From NCBI GenBank assembly GCA_964016885.1, contig OZ024741.1, forward strand, positions 279,186,001-279,250,000: a stretch of DNA of 64,000 nucleotides, in the 5' to 3' direction. Under the pieces are notes generated by a model. It made no database searches. It had not been told where the DNA came from and saw only the letters and a list, made by a program, of their open reading frames with translations. Every line of letters begins with the position of its first letter. Within the stretch, counting starts at the first letter, position 1. The position numbers and the translations under genes were made by a program. Shown here piece by piece: positions 39,960 through 52,100 of the stretch. Source of the stretch: Eledone cirrhosa (Eukaryota).

Positions 39960-42879
39960 CCGCAAAATAACACTTCATATAACAGATTAATACAATAGAC
40001 ATATGAATCGGAATGTAGCCCGTGAACTTTTTCCTGGGCAAAATTATTCGAACAGACATGACCTCATTGCCAGAGTGTTCAGACTGAAACTGGCTAAACT
40101 CATGGCTTTAATCAAAAAGGTCAGGTATTTGGACTGTAAAATGTGATATGTTCACCGTCGAATAGCAAAAACGAGGGCTGCCACATGCTCACATTTTGAT
40201 TTAGTTAGCTGATAAAATCAATTCAAATGCCATAGACAGCTTCATTTCGGCTGAAATCCCTAACCCAGAAACTGACCAGGAATTACATGACATCGTCAAA
40301 GCTAACATGGTCCGTGTGCGTCGGTTCCTAATGAGCATTACACGTGTCTGAAAGGGGGGTCGTGCAGTAAGGGATACCCAAAGAAATTTATTGACGCGAC
40401 TCAGACTGGTGGCGATGGGTACCCCCTGTACAGGTGGAGACGGCCCTAGAACGGTGGCTTCACCACAACAGTAAAGGGAGGTCAAATCAACAATAGATGG
40501 GTGGTCCCTTACTGCCCGCTTCTCTTGAAGATGTTCAACGCCCATATCAACGTTGAGTTTTGCAACTCCGTCAAGTCTATAAAATACATATGCAAATATG
40601 TAAATAAGGGCTCTGATGAGGTCACAGAATACGTGGCGGGGCGGTACATCAGTAGCAATGAAGCTTTTTGGTGACTATTTGGTTGTCCCCTACTCCAACG
40701 GCACCCCGCCATCGTACAACTTGCGGTACATTTGGAAAATGGGAAAAGGGTTTACTTTACGGACAAAACCGCCGCCAAGCTGGCCGCCGATCTGAGAGAC
40801 CACTCTGACAGGTTTCTTCCTATTTTGCCAGTTCGATACATTTGAACAAACAATTGTGTACCCCCAGGTTCCATCCGACTTTATATGGTCGAAAAACACT
40901 TGGGTGCGAAGAAAGTCAGGTCAAGCTGTTGAAAGACATCCTGGTGTAAAATTTTACAGCTGTCTTGGAAGGGTTTACACTGTGCCCCCAAGTCAGCATG
41001 AGTGCTTTCATCTCCGCCTTCTTCTGAATGAAGTTGTAGACCCACAAAGTTTTCAGGACCTCAAAACTGTTGATGGAGAAATATGTGATACGTACCGGGA
41101 AGCCTGCTTTAAGCGTGGTCTTTTGGAAGATGATTCGCAATAGGATTCCACTTTAACAGAGGGTGTTTTGTTGAAATCACCTAAAGGTCTACGGGAACTC
41201 TTTGCCATTTTGCTTCAAAAGTGTGAATTGGGTGATCCCAAATCTTTATGGGTCAAGTACAGAGACTTCATGTCTGAGGATTTCCTCCGCCTGGCTCATC
41301 TGCAGTATCCTTCAGTGGAAGTTGGTTACAGCGGCATTATCTACAACAGGGCACTCATTGATATCGAGGACGCCCTCCTCGACATGGGTGGGAGTGAGTT
41401 GGCGACGTATGGCTTGCCGTCAACCGTCACAGGTGAAGCTAACACGTTGGCCCCGGATTTGTTGCGGGAAACAGCATATGACATCGAATCTCTTTCCCAA
41501 TACTTAGAGGAAAATGAGCCCAAACGTCTGTCGGACCAAAGGTTGGCCTATTTAACTATCATTGACGCGGTTCAAAATCAGACTGGGGGTATTTACTTTC
41601 TCGATGCTCCTGGGGGTACCGGAAAAACTTTTGTAACAAAATTGATTCCCGCTAAGATTCGTCAGGAGAAAAAAATTGCGTTGGCCGTTGCATCGTCCGG
41701 GATCGCTGCTACTTTGCTGCCGAGAGGCAGGACAGCACATTCAACCTTTAAACTCCCGTTGGATTTAGTAAAAACTGAGACACCAACATGCAATATCAGC
41801 AAGAGTTCACACGAAACTCTTGTTCTCAAAAAATGTTGCCTCATTGTTTGGGATGAGTGCACAATGGCACACAAGGGTGCCCTTGAGGCATTGGACGGGA
41901 CCCTGAAAGACATTAGGGATTCTACGGCTCCTATGGGTGGCGTAACCCTTCTGCTATCAGGGGATTTTCGGCAAACGCTGCCTGTCATCCCCAAAGGGAC
42001 AAGAGCTGATGAAGTGCGTGCCTGCCTAAAGTCGTCCACGTTGTGGCCCCAGATGAAGACTTTGTACCTGAGCACAAATATGCGTGCTCATTTGCATGGT
42101 GACAACATAACTGCAGCATTTGCTCAGAACATTTTAGCACTTGGTGAGGACAAGCTCCCTGCGGATGACAAGCGCGGCATAGCAATCGACTCGCTGTGCA
42201 ACATTGTGAGCAGCCCTTCTGACCTTTGGGAGGTAGTTTTTCCTAATGTCTCATCTAATTTTAAAAATTTCGATTGGCTCAGCGAAAGAGCCATCCTTGC
42301 TCCGAAAAATACCATGGTTAATTTTATTAACGAGCAGCTGATTGACAAAATTCCCGGTAAAGAGCACATCTTCAAATCTATCGTCAGACCCCGACGATAT
42401 CGTTAATTATCCGGTTGAGTTATTAAATTCCCTTGAGCCTCCAGGGCTCCCACCTCACATTCTTAAGCTTAGGGTTGGCTGTCTCATTGTGCTAATAAGG
42501 AACTTGTGCCCACCAAAGCAGTGCAACGGTACTCGCATGGTCGTCAAGTCAATGACGTCCCACTTGATTGAGGCCACCATTGTAACGGGGTGCGGGAAAG
42601 GGGAGAATGTTTTCATTCCAAGGATGAACCTTTTCCCCTAGGCGTCAGATATCCCGTTCGATTTCCGGCGATCCCAATTCCCGATGAGACCATGTTTTGC
42701 CATGTCCATTAATAAGTCACAAGGGCAAACATTGCCGGTGGCGGGCATCCATTTGGGGGAGCCATGCTTCTCCCATGGTCAACTTTGTTGCCTGTTCCCA
42801 CGTAGGGAGCAGGAATGCACTTTTTGCTTACACTCCTCAAGAGATGACACGCAATATCGTCTACAAAGCGGTGCTATAG
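39960..42879 (+). pseudogene. Helitron Rep (HUH) / Pif1 helicase pseudogene
   Basis: VE*QKRGLPHAHILI, NRWVVPY..HINVEFCNSVKSIKYICKYVNKG, FLDAPGGTGKT, IVWDECTM, GDFRQTLPV, NGTR, FAMSINKSQGQT. Multiple stops and frameshifts. Confidence 0.93.
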
Positions 42880-43170
42880 ATGTTGGTGCAGGTGTTGGAG
42901 CTATGCCGTCTGGAAAACTATTTCCTGGTAGGGACACCCAGCGGCATCAAGGCCACCATCTTGCAACTTTGGTCTGCTAAATTCGCTATTGGAAGATTAT
43001 TAACCCATCATTGATTGTCCAAAATGTTAATTGGTTCGTAACTTTTAATAACGGGTTCAACTGCTTTATGCACTTAATTGATAAGCTTATTCGCTTTCAA
43101 GCCACGTTTACTTGTATGTAACTGTTCATAGTAAATGAATAAACCCGAGCAACGCCGGGCTAAACTGCTA

Positions 43171-43214
<44 letters not shown>

Positions 43215-43402
43215 TTCAAGTTATCAATAATGCATTGATAATATATCGTCACGTTAGAGATGAACAACGTACGTGTAGGTTTGCTCAACGACTATAAATT
43301 ATATTCCGGAGAAAATGTAGAAAAGATGAATATAAAATGAAAGTGCTTTTATAAAGGAATTTATTAGGTATTGACATATGTTTCTGTAATAGAGGGAATA
43401 CC

Positions 43403-43500
<98 letters not shown>

Positions 43501-43525
43501 CATATATATACATATATATATATAC

Positions 43526-43570
<45 letters not shown>

Positions 43571-43599
43571 TATACATATATACATATATATATATATAC

Positions 43600-43696
<97 letters not shown>

Positions 43697-43978
43697 CAAT
43701 ATATATATATATACTTCTATATATATAGAGAGAGAGAGAGAATAAGTAAAAGCGAAGTAGTTTCAGATGTTCAAGTCCTTTAATAATAATGCTGTGATAT
43801 ATATTTCAATGACGACACTGGCCACACTGTTCTGTGTGCGAGTGTCGTGACATCATCAGACAGCTTGTTACATAATAAGGTTATGTTTCCGAGGCAATCC
43901 AAGTTGAATCGACATGGGAACGGACGAAGTGTGTGCTTTTGGGTTCTTCATCGGAAACATAACCTTATTATGTAACAA

Positions 43979-44052
43979 GCTGTCTGATGATGTCACGACA
44001 CTCGCACACAGAACAGTGTGGCCAGTGTCGTCATTGAAATATATATCACAGC
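43979..44052 (+). ncRNA. Minimal hammerhead ribozyme with long stem II (mirror copy at 43791-43864, - strand)
   Basis: gctgt-CTGATGA-..acgacact..agtgtcgt..-GAAA-tatata-TC-acagc. Cleavage triplet AUC. Confidence 0.82.
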
Positions 44053-44059
44053 ATTATTA

Positions 44060-44165
44060 ATCCCGCCGAGGTTGACTTTGCCTTTCATCCTTACGGGGTC
44101 GATAAAATAAAGTACCAGTAATGCACTGCGTAATTGCTGGCCTTGTGCCTAAAGTAGAAACAATT
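44060..44165 (+). mobile_element. 5'-truncated SINE
   Basis: Matches the 3' part of 38491-38675. Flanked by attatta-like duplication. Confidence 0.85.
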
Positions 44166-44325
44166 ATTATTAAAGGACTTGAACATCTGAAACTACTTCG
44201 CTTTTACTTATTCGATATTTACTCCGTCACTCCTATGTGGGAAAAGAACGTTGAGTGCTTGAATTGAATTGCATCAATATTTACCCTAAGTATATATATA
44301 TATATACTTATATATATATATATAT

Positions 44326-44447
44326 TGCGATCTGAGTTCAAATCCCGCCGAGGAGGTTAACTTTACCTTTCATCCTTACGGGATCGATAAAATAAAGTAC
44401 CAGTAATGCACTGTGTAATTGCTGGCATTGTGTCAAAGTAAAAACAA
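44326..44447 (+). mobile_element. SINE fragment, same family
   Basis: ctgagttcaaatcccgccgag..cctttcatccttacgg..gataaaataaagtaccag. Confidence 0.82.
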
Positions 44448-44491
44448 TGTGCGTGTGTGTGTGTGCGTGTGTTCGCGCGCGCGTGTGTTTG

Positions 44492-44580
<89 letters not shown>

Positions 44581-44695
44581 TAATTGTGTGAGTACTTGTG
44601 TGAGTACTTGTGTAAATGTTGTGCGAGTAAATATTTCTTTTAACACTTGTTTAAAAACAAATGAAAATAATTCCAATTGAAAGGGAAGAAATATA

Positions 44696-44805
44696 ATTGT
44701 TTCTACTTTAGGCACAAGGCCAGCAATCACCCAGTGCATTACTGGTACTTTATTTTATCGACCCCGTAAGGATGAAAGGCAAAGTCAACCTCGGCGGGAT
44801 TTGAA
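44696..44805 (-). mobile_element. SINE fragment, same family
   Basis: Nearly identical to 38491-38597. Confidence 0.85.
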
Positions 44806-45024
44806 GAAATATAATGGTTTCTGATTTAGGCAATATAATGAGGCAAACGGAAGCAAAACGTGGTGAGGTTTAACAAGTCTGACCAGTAACTGATTTTCAA
44901 GGAGGCGAGAGAATTGTGTCGTCCTGAAATAGATAAGGCTACTCCTCTTCGATGTTTCTTTTATATTTACAGAAACTACACACACACACACACACACACA
45001 CACATGCACAGCTATATATATATA

Positions 45025-45092
<68 letters not shown>

Positions 45093-45123
45093 TAATAGTG
45101 TCTCTCTATATTTATATATCTCA

Positions 45124-45193
<70 letters not shown>

Positions 45194-45194
45194 A

Positions 45195-45635
45195 GAAGTT
45201 ATATCTAAATTGTTGGGATACAAGCAAATATTTTTATAACTGATATAAAGCACTCAACAAATTATTGGAGTAAAAATACGATATATTAACAAATGGAAAC
45301 AATATTTATAAAACCATATTTATTTCATTATACATATTTCAAGGACACCAAGTTAAATTATGGTGTGTTTTCATCAGATAAAATATAGATTAGTTTTATA
45401 AATAAATATTGACATACCCTTAAAGAATGCGACCATTTCTGTTGGAAGCTCCGGGAGCTTCCAACAGAAACAGTCGCATTCTTTAAGGGTATGTCAATAT
45501 TTATTTATAAAACTAATCTATATAATATTTTATCTGATGAAAGCGCACCATAATTTGACTTGGTGTCCTTGAAATATGTATAATGAAATAAATATGGTTT
45601 TATAAATATAGTTTCCATTTGTTAATATATCGTAT
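45195..45635. mobile_element. Fold-back pLTR element between microsatellites
   Basis: Arms 45276-45452 and 45454-45635 with a 1-nt loop. Unpaired left extension. One HHR per arm. Confidence 0.8.
45526..45590 (+). ncRNA. Minimal hammerhead ribozyme (mirror copy at 45321-45385, - strand)
   Basis: tattttat-CTGATGA-aag..cacca..tggtg..ctt-GAAA-tatgta-TA-atgaaata, overlapping AATAAA. Confidence 0.75.
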
Positions 45636-45745
45636 GTATATATATGTATATAATATATGTATATAAATATGTATATATATATATGTATATATATATACAT
45701 ATCAATATATATATGTATATATACATATATATATACATATATGCA

Positions 45746-45753
45746 AGTAGTAC

Positions 45754-45798
<45 letters not shown>

Positions 45799-45835
45799 CA
45801 GTAGCAGTAGTAGCAGTAGCAGCAGTAGCAGCAGC

Positions 45836-45878
<43 letters not shown>
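45746..45878. repeat. (AGT)n/(AGC)n trinucleotide repeat
   Basis: Seen directly. Confidence 0.95.
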
Positions 45879-46331
45879 TATCTTAATATATTCTATTCTG
45901 TAGCAGAGATGAGGAGTGCCCAATACTTACTTCCCTGTATAAAATTCATAGAGCGTATCACACAGTGATCTGATGCACAGGAAAGATATACATCAATATA
46001 CATGTAATAATATAGATACATAAAAATATTGCTATAAACGTAGGCGTTCCTTCTCGCACTGTGCGATCTCCCGTTTCGCGCAAATATCCATTCACTAGTG
46101 AGGCGAAAAGAGTGCAGTAAGCTGGTAAATCTTATTTTGTTCGGTTGGAAAGATCCATGTAAGTTATCAAATAACTGAGATCTCAGCTTGAAATAAACAC
46201 CTACTGAAAGCAATAGGAACGATAGAATACAAATATATTTCGAAATAATGCAATAGATATAATTAAGCTTCGGATACTTGTAAAACCTTCTAATGTAGAA
46301 TTGCTACTTTCTTGTTCGTATTCGTTAGGCA

Positions 46332-46470
46332 AGGCGGCGAATTGGCAGTGTCGTTAACACGTCGAGGCAATCACGGCATTTGTTCCAGCTTTCTACAGTC
46401 TGAGTTCAAATCCTACCGTGGTCAACTTTTCGGGGTCGATAAATAAAGTACCAGTGCAGTACTGGCGGCC
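46332..46470 (+). mobile_element. Diverged tRNA-derived SINE
   Basis: ggcggcgaattggcag..ctgagttcaaatcctaccg..ggggtcgataaataaagtaccag. Confidence 0.75.
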
Positions 46471-46731
46471 GATTCTAGTTTGTGACGTGATTTTAATATC
46501 GTGTGGTGCCAAACATTTCCAGCTTTATCTTAATTTTTCGGGGTGCACAGAAAGGCTCTCTCCGACAATTGGAGTTTCCTTTGGACCCCCTTGACAATGG
46601 ATGCCTCATCCGAAATATAGGGAGCAATAAATACATCCAAGGAAACTTCTGCCTTGCACAATATGTGCACAGTGCAGTAAACAGATTTTCCGGATACACA
46701 ATATTCTTTGTAAAACATCACAAGTATTCTT

Positions 46732-46847
46732 GGTGACACAGGACTGGCTGTAGTTGTGGGTTATCTAATGTAGATGATACTGAACTGGCTGTAGCTGTGG
46801 TTTATCTAATGTAGATGATACTGAACTGGCTGTAGTTGTGGTTTATC
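46732..46847 (+). repeat. About 3 diverged monomers of the 41-bp satellite, isolated from the main array
   Basis: ctggctgtagttgtgggttatctaatgtagatgatactgaa repeated. Confidence 0.88.
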
Positions 46848-46884
46848 AACCTTTATGTATTTACTGTGCAAATGGGTAACTAGC

Positions 46885-47190
46885 GTGAAGGTGTATGGCT
46901 TACTAGTTAGTGAGTTGAGCTCACAATTGTAATGTTTTGAGTTCGAACCCCGGACAGTGCATTGTGTTCTGGAGCAAAACACTATTTCATGTTGCTCCAG
47001 TTCACTCAGCTGTAGAAATGAGTTGCGACATCACTGGTGCCAGGCTGTATCGGCCATTGCCTTTGGACATCAGTGGCGTTGAGAGGGGAGACTGGCATGC
47101 TTGGGGGACTGTTGATCTTCCATAAACACACCTTGCTTTGGAGGGGAACTTTCTAGGTGGAAAACCATGGTGCCTACGACGAATAGGTAA
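46885..47190 (+). mobile_element. Probable second tRNA-derived SINE family
   Basis: tRNA-like head (tggcttactagttag..gagttcgaacccc), followed by cactcagctgtagaaatgagt. Confidence 0.55.
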
Positions 47191-47193
47191 CTG

Positions 47194-47307
47194 ATGTTGT
47201 TGTTGTTGTTGTTGGCGATGATGGTGTTGTTGTTGTTGGTGGTGGTGGTGGTGTTTTTGTTGGTCCTGTTGTCTTTGATGTTGTTATGGTGGTGGTCGTC
47301 GTCGTTT

Positions 47308-47339
<32 letters not shown>

Positions 47340-47394
47340 TTGGTGGTGGTGGTGGTGGTGGTGGTGGTGGTGGTGGTGGTGGTGGTGGTGGTTG

Positions 47395-47441
<47 letters not shown>

Positions 47442-47460
47442 TTAATGCTGTTGTTTTTTT
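47194..47460. repeat. Compound (GTT)/(GGT)/(GCT)/(GAT) trinucleotide repeat
   Basis: Seen directly. Confidence 0.93.
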
Positions 47461-47651
47461 GGTTGGTGGAATTATAAAGAGGTTAGGCTGCTATCTCTCG
47501 CAGACTGAGTGACTATTTAGAGACTCTCGCATTGCGGATATATCAGACTAGAATGTCTTCATCTAAAATGGTAGTGCTGGATTTAAGGGAGACTTTTCCT
47601 TCTCTCGTATTACTGGACTTGGGCCTAAATTAGAAACCATTATTCAAAAAC

Positions 47652-47850
47652 AGGCGACGGATTAGCAAAATCGGTAGAGCGTCGGACAAAATGCTTTACG
47701 GCATTGAGTTACGTTCTAAGTTCCATCGCGGTCAACTTTGCCTTTCATCCTTCCTGAGGTGATAAAATAAAGTACCAATGAAATACTGGGGTCAATATAA
47801 TCGACATGTCCCTTCGCCCAAATTTCTGACCTTGTGTCAATGTTAGAAAG
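47652..47850 (+). mobile_element. Diverged tRNA-derived SINE
   Basis: ggcgacggattagcaaaatcggtagagcgtcggac..gtcaactttgcctttcatcc..gataaaataaagtacc. Confidence 0.75.
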
Positions 47851-47904
47851 AACAAAACCACCCATGACCCGTTGGGTCACGTTCACTTAAAAATAATTTC
47901 TACA

Positions 47905-47965
<61 letters not shown>

Positions 47966-48380
47966 ATTTATTTTTTTTTTTTTCTCTGTCTCTCTATCTC
48001 TCTTTCTTCCATTTTCCTTCTCTGTCTCCTTCTCACACTCGCTATGTCCCTCTTTCAATCTACTCTCTCACAACCACTATCGCTTTCTCTCTATCTTTCT
48101 CTCTATATATTTATGAAGGTACCCGGAAAAAAAACATATCTCGGGAACCCGTGCTCCGATTTACGCGAAACTTGTTTTATTCCATTTGTATTCCCATTTC
48201 AGAAACAACTTCCTTTCAGAGTATTTTCCCATTATGCGCCGTTTTGGCTGTATTACATTACAGACATGCACACAATCACTGAGTTTTAATAGTATATAGA
48301 TAGATTATTATTGAATTTTTTCACACAGCTTAATTTGCTGGAGATGTTAAATACGTTATCTGCTATCAACAACCAGTAGA

Positions 48381-48790
48381 CTAAGGTGACACATGTTTGT
48401 CAGTTTCCCAAAGACCTGTGAAGTATTCTTGCAGTTTCAATAATGCTATCTTTTCGAGATGCTCAATTTTCACCCTCACACCAATGTTCTCCAACCAACC
48501 TTTAAGGTTTAAACTTGTTGTCTCCAAAGCTCCATTAACCCCTGCTACAGCAATTATCCTCTTCATTGACCATAACCTTTCTATCTCCCATTTCAAGTCA
48601 TCGTATCGATCCTGCATTTCTTCTTGTTTTGATGCTACTCTGTTATCACCTGGGAATGTTATGTCAATGGTAAAACAATTTATTCTGCTTTATCTATTAG
48701 CATTATATCAGGTTTTCGATGTTCAGGTAATTGTAAGGTCACATTAAATCATTACATCCCAGATAATCTTGACATTTTCCTTTTCTATCA
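48381..48790 (-). mobile_element. R4/Dong-like non-LTR retrotransposon 3' fragment (RLE domain)
   Basis: Minus strand reads IIWD..CFTIDITFPGDNRVASKQEEMQDRYDDLKWEIERLW..GAL..LEKIALL. Confidence 0.72.
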
Positions 48791-48801
48791 CTCCTTCTAT
48801 A

Positions 48802-48957
48802 GACAGTGAATTGGCAGAGTCGTTAGAGCGCCGGATAGAATGTTTTGCGGTATTCATTTCTGCTCTCCGTTCACTGAGTTCAAATCCCACCGAGATCAAC
48901 TTTGCCTTTCATCAATTTGAGGTCGATAAAAAAATACCAGCTGAGTACTGGGGTCGG
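48802..48957 (+). mobile_element. tRNA-derived SINE copy
   Basis: ttggcagagtcgttagagcg..ctgagttcaaatcccaccgag..tttgcctttcatc..gtcgataaa. Confidence 0.78.
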
Positions 48958-49160
48958 ATCTTCCTCTATATCTCTTTCTCGATTCTATTCTCCCACTCTC
49001 TTTATCTTACTCTTGAAGAAATTTTCTGTGTTCAAACCTGGAGAGGCATAGGCTCCGCCAGGTTTTTAGAGTGTTCTAGAAACTCCGTATGTCAATACGG
49101 CGCCCCTACAACTTCTTCAAGAGTTATGGAACCATGCATGCATCAGTTTTTCTAAGGTTT

Positions 49161-52100
49161 TCCCATACCAGGCTTTTGAACTTTCAAGCTCACACGAGGC
49201 CTTTGTTCTTTCCAGCCCATACAAGGTTTTTCTACTTTCCAGCCCATACTAGGTCTTTGTTCTTTCCAGTCCATACCAGCACTTTCTACTTTCCAGCCCA
49301 TACAAGGCCTTTCTACTTTCCAGCCCATACAAGGCCTTTCTACTTTCCAGCCCATACAAGGCCTTTCTACTTTCCAGCCCATACCAGGCCTTTCTACTTT
49401 CCAGTCCATATAAGGCCTTTCTACTTTCCAGCCCATACAAGGCCTTTCTACTTTCCAGTCCATACAAGGCCTTTCTACTTTCCAGCCCATATAAGGCCTT
49501 TCTACTTTCCAGTCCATATAAGGCCTTTCTACTTTCCAGCCCATACCAGGCCTTTCTACTTTCCAGCCCATACAAGGCCTTTCTACTTTCCAGCCCATAT
49601 AAGGCCTTTCTACTTTCCAGCCCATACAAGGCCTTTCTACTTTCCAGTCCATACTAGGTCTTTGTTCTTTCCAGTCCATACAAGGCCTTTCTACTTTCCA
49701 GCCCATATAAGGCCTTTCTACTTTCCAGTCCATACAAGGCCTTTCTACTTTCCAGCCCATATAAGGCCTTTCTACTTTCCAGCCCATACAAGGCCTTTCT
49801 ACTTTCCAGTCCATACAAGGCCTTTCTACTTTCCAGCCCATATAAGGCCTTTCTACTTTCCAGTCCATATAAGGCCTTTCTACTTTCCAGCCCATACCAG
49901 GCCTTTCTACTTTCCAGCCCATACAAGGCCTTTCTACTTTCCAGCCCATATAAGGCCTTTCTACTTTCCAGTCCATACAAGGCCTTTCTACTTTCCAGCC
50001 CATATAAGGCCTTTCTACTTTCCAGTCCATACAAGGCCTTTCTACTTTCCAGCCCATATAAGGCCTTTCTACTTTCCAGTCCATATAAGGCCTTTCTACT
50101 TTCCAGCCCATACCAGGCCTTTCTACTTTCCAGCCCATACAAGGCCTTTCTACTTTCCAGCCCATACAAGGCCTTTCTACTTTCCAGCCCATACAAGGCC
50201 TTTCTACTTTCCAGCCCATACAAGGCCTTTCTACTTTCCAGCCCATACAAGGCCTTTCTACTTTCCAGCCCATATAAGGCCTTTCTACTTTCCAGTCCAT
50301 ACAAGGCCTTTCTACTTTCCAGCCCATATAAGGCCTTTCTACTTTCCAGTCCATATAAGGCCTTTCTACTTTCCAGCCCATACCAGGCCTTTCTACTTTC
50401 CAGCCCATACAAGGCCTTTCTACTTTCCAGCCCATACAAGGCCTTTCTACTTTCCAGCCCATACAAGGCCTTTCTACTTTCCAGCCCATACAAGGCCTTT
50501 CTACTTTCCAGTCCATACAAGGCCTTTCTACTTTCCAGCCCATATAAGGCCTTTCTACTTTCCAGCCCATATAAGGCCTTTCTACTTTCCAGTCCATACA
50601 AGGCCTTTCTACTTTCCAGCCCATATAAGGCCTTTCTACTTTCCAGTCCATACAAGGCCTTTCTACTTTCCAGCCCATATAAGGCCTTTCTACTTTCCAG
50701 CCCATATAAGGCCTTTCTACTTTCCAGCCCATACAAGGCCTTTCTACTTTCCAGTCCATATAAGGCCTTTCTACTTTCCAGCCCATACAAGGCCTTTCTA
50801 CTTTCCAGTCCATACAAGGCCTTTCTACTTTCCAGCCCATATAAGGCCTTTCTACTTTCCAGCCCATACCAGGCCTTTCTACTTTCCAGCCCATACAAGG
50901 CCTTTCTACTTTCCAGTCCATATAAGGCCTTTCTACTTTCCAGCCCATACAAGGCCTTTCTACTTTCCAGCCCATACAAGGCCTTTCTACTTTCCAGCCC
51001 ATACAAGGCCTTTCTACTTTCCAGTCCATCAAGGCCTTTCTACTTTCCAGCCCATACAAGGCCTTTCTACTTTCCAGCCCATACAAGGCCTTTCTACTTT
51101 CCAGCCCATATAAGGCCTTTCTACTTTCCAGCCCATACCAGGCCTTTCTACTTTCCAGCCCATACCAGGCCTTTCTACTTTCCAGCCCATATAAGGCCTT
51201 TCTACTTTCCAGCCCATACCAGGCCTTTCTACTTTCCAGCCCATACAAGGCCTTTCTACTTTCCAGCCCATACAAGGCCTTTCTACTTTCCAGCCCATAC
51301 AAGGCCTTTCTACTTTCCAGCCCATACAAGGCCTTTCTACTTTCCAGTCCATCAAGGCCTTTCTACTTTCCAGCCCATACAAGGCCTTTCTACTTTCCAG
51401 TCCATCAAGGCCTTTCTACTTTCCAGCCCATACAAGGCCTTTCTACTTTCCAGTCCATACAAGGCCTTTCTACTTTCCAGCCCATACAAGGCCTTTCTAC
51501 TTTCCAGTCCATATAAGGCCTTTCTACTTTCCAGTCCATCAAGGCCTTTCTACTTTCCAGCCCATACAAGGCCTTTCTACTTTCCAGCCCATACAAGGCC
51601 TTTCTACTTTCCAGCCCATACAAGGCCTTTCTACTTTCCAGTCCATCAAGGCCTTTCTACTTTCCAGCCCATACAAGGCCTTTCTACTTTCCAGTCCATA
51701 TAAGGCCTTTCTACTTTCCAGTCCATACAAGGTCTTTCTACTTTCCAGTCCATATAAGGCCTTTCTACTTTCCAGTCCATACAAGGCCTTTCTACTTTCC
51801 AGTCCATACAAGGTCTTTCTACTTTCCAGTCCATATAAGGCCTTTCTACTTTCCAGCCCATACAAGGCCTTTCTACTTTCCAGCCCATACAAGGCCTTTC
51901 TACTTTCCAGCCCATACAAGGCCTTTCTACTTTCCAGTCCATATAAGGCCTTTCTACTTTCCAGTCCATACAAGGCCTTTCTACTTTCCAGCCCATACAA
52001 GGCCTTTCTACTTTCCAGTCCATATAAGGCCTTTCTACTTTCCAGCCCATACAAGGCCTTTCTACTTTCCAGTCCATATAAGGCCTTTCTACTTTCCAGC

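Larger units (their letters stand above)
43740..44290. mobile_element. Fold-back pLTR element with a SINE inserted in the right arm
   Basis: Arms 43740-43892 and 43951-44213, loop 43893-43950, unpaired tail 44214-44290. One HHR per arm. Confidence 0.8.
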
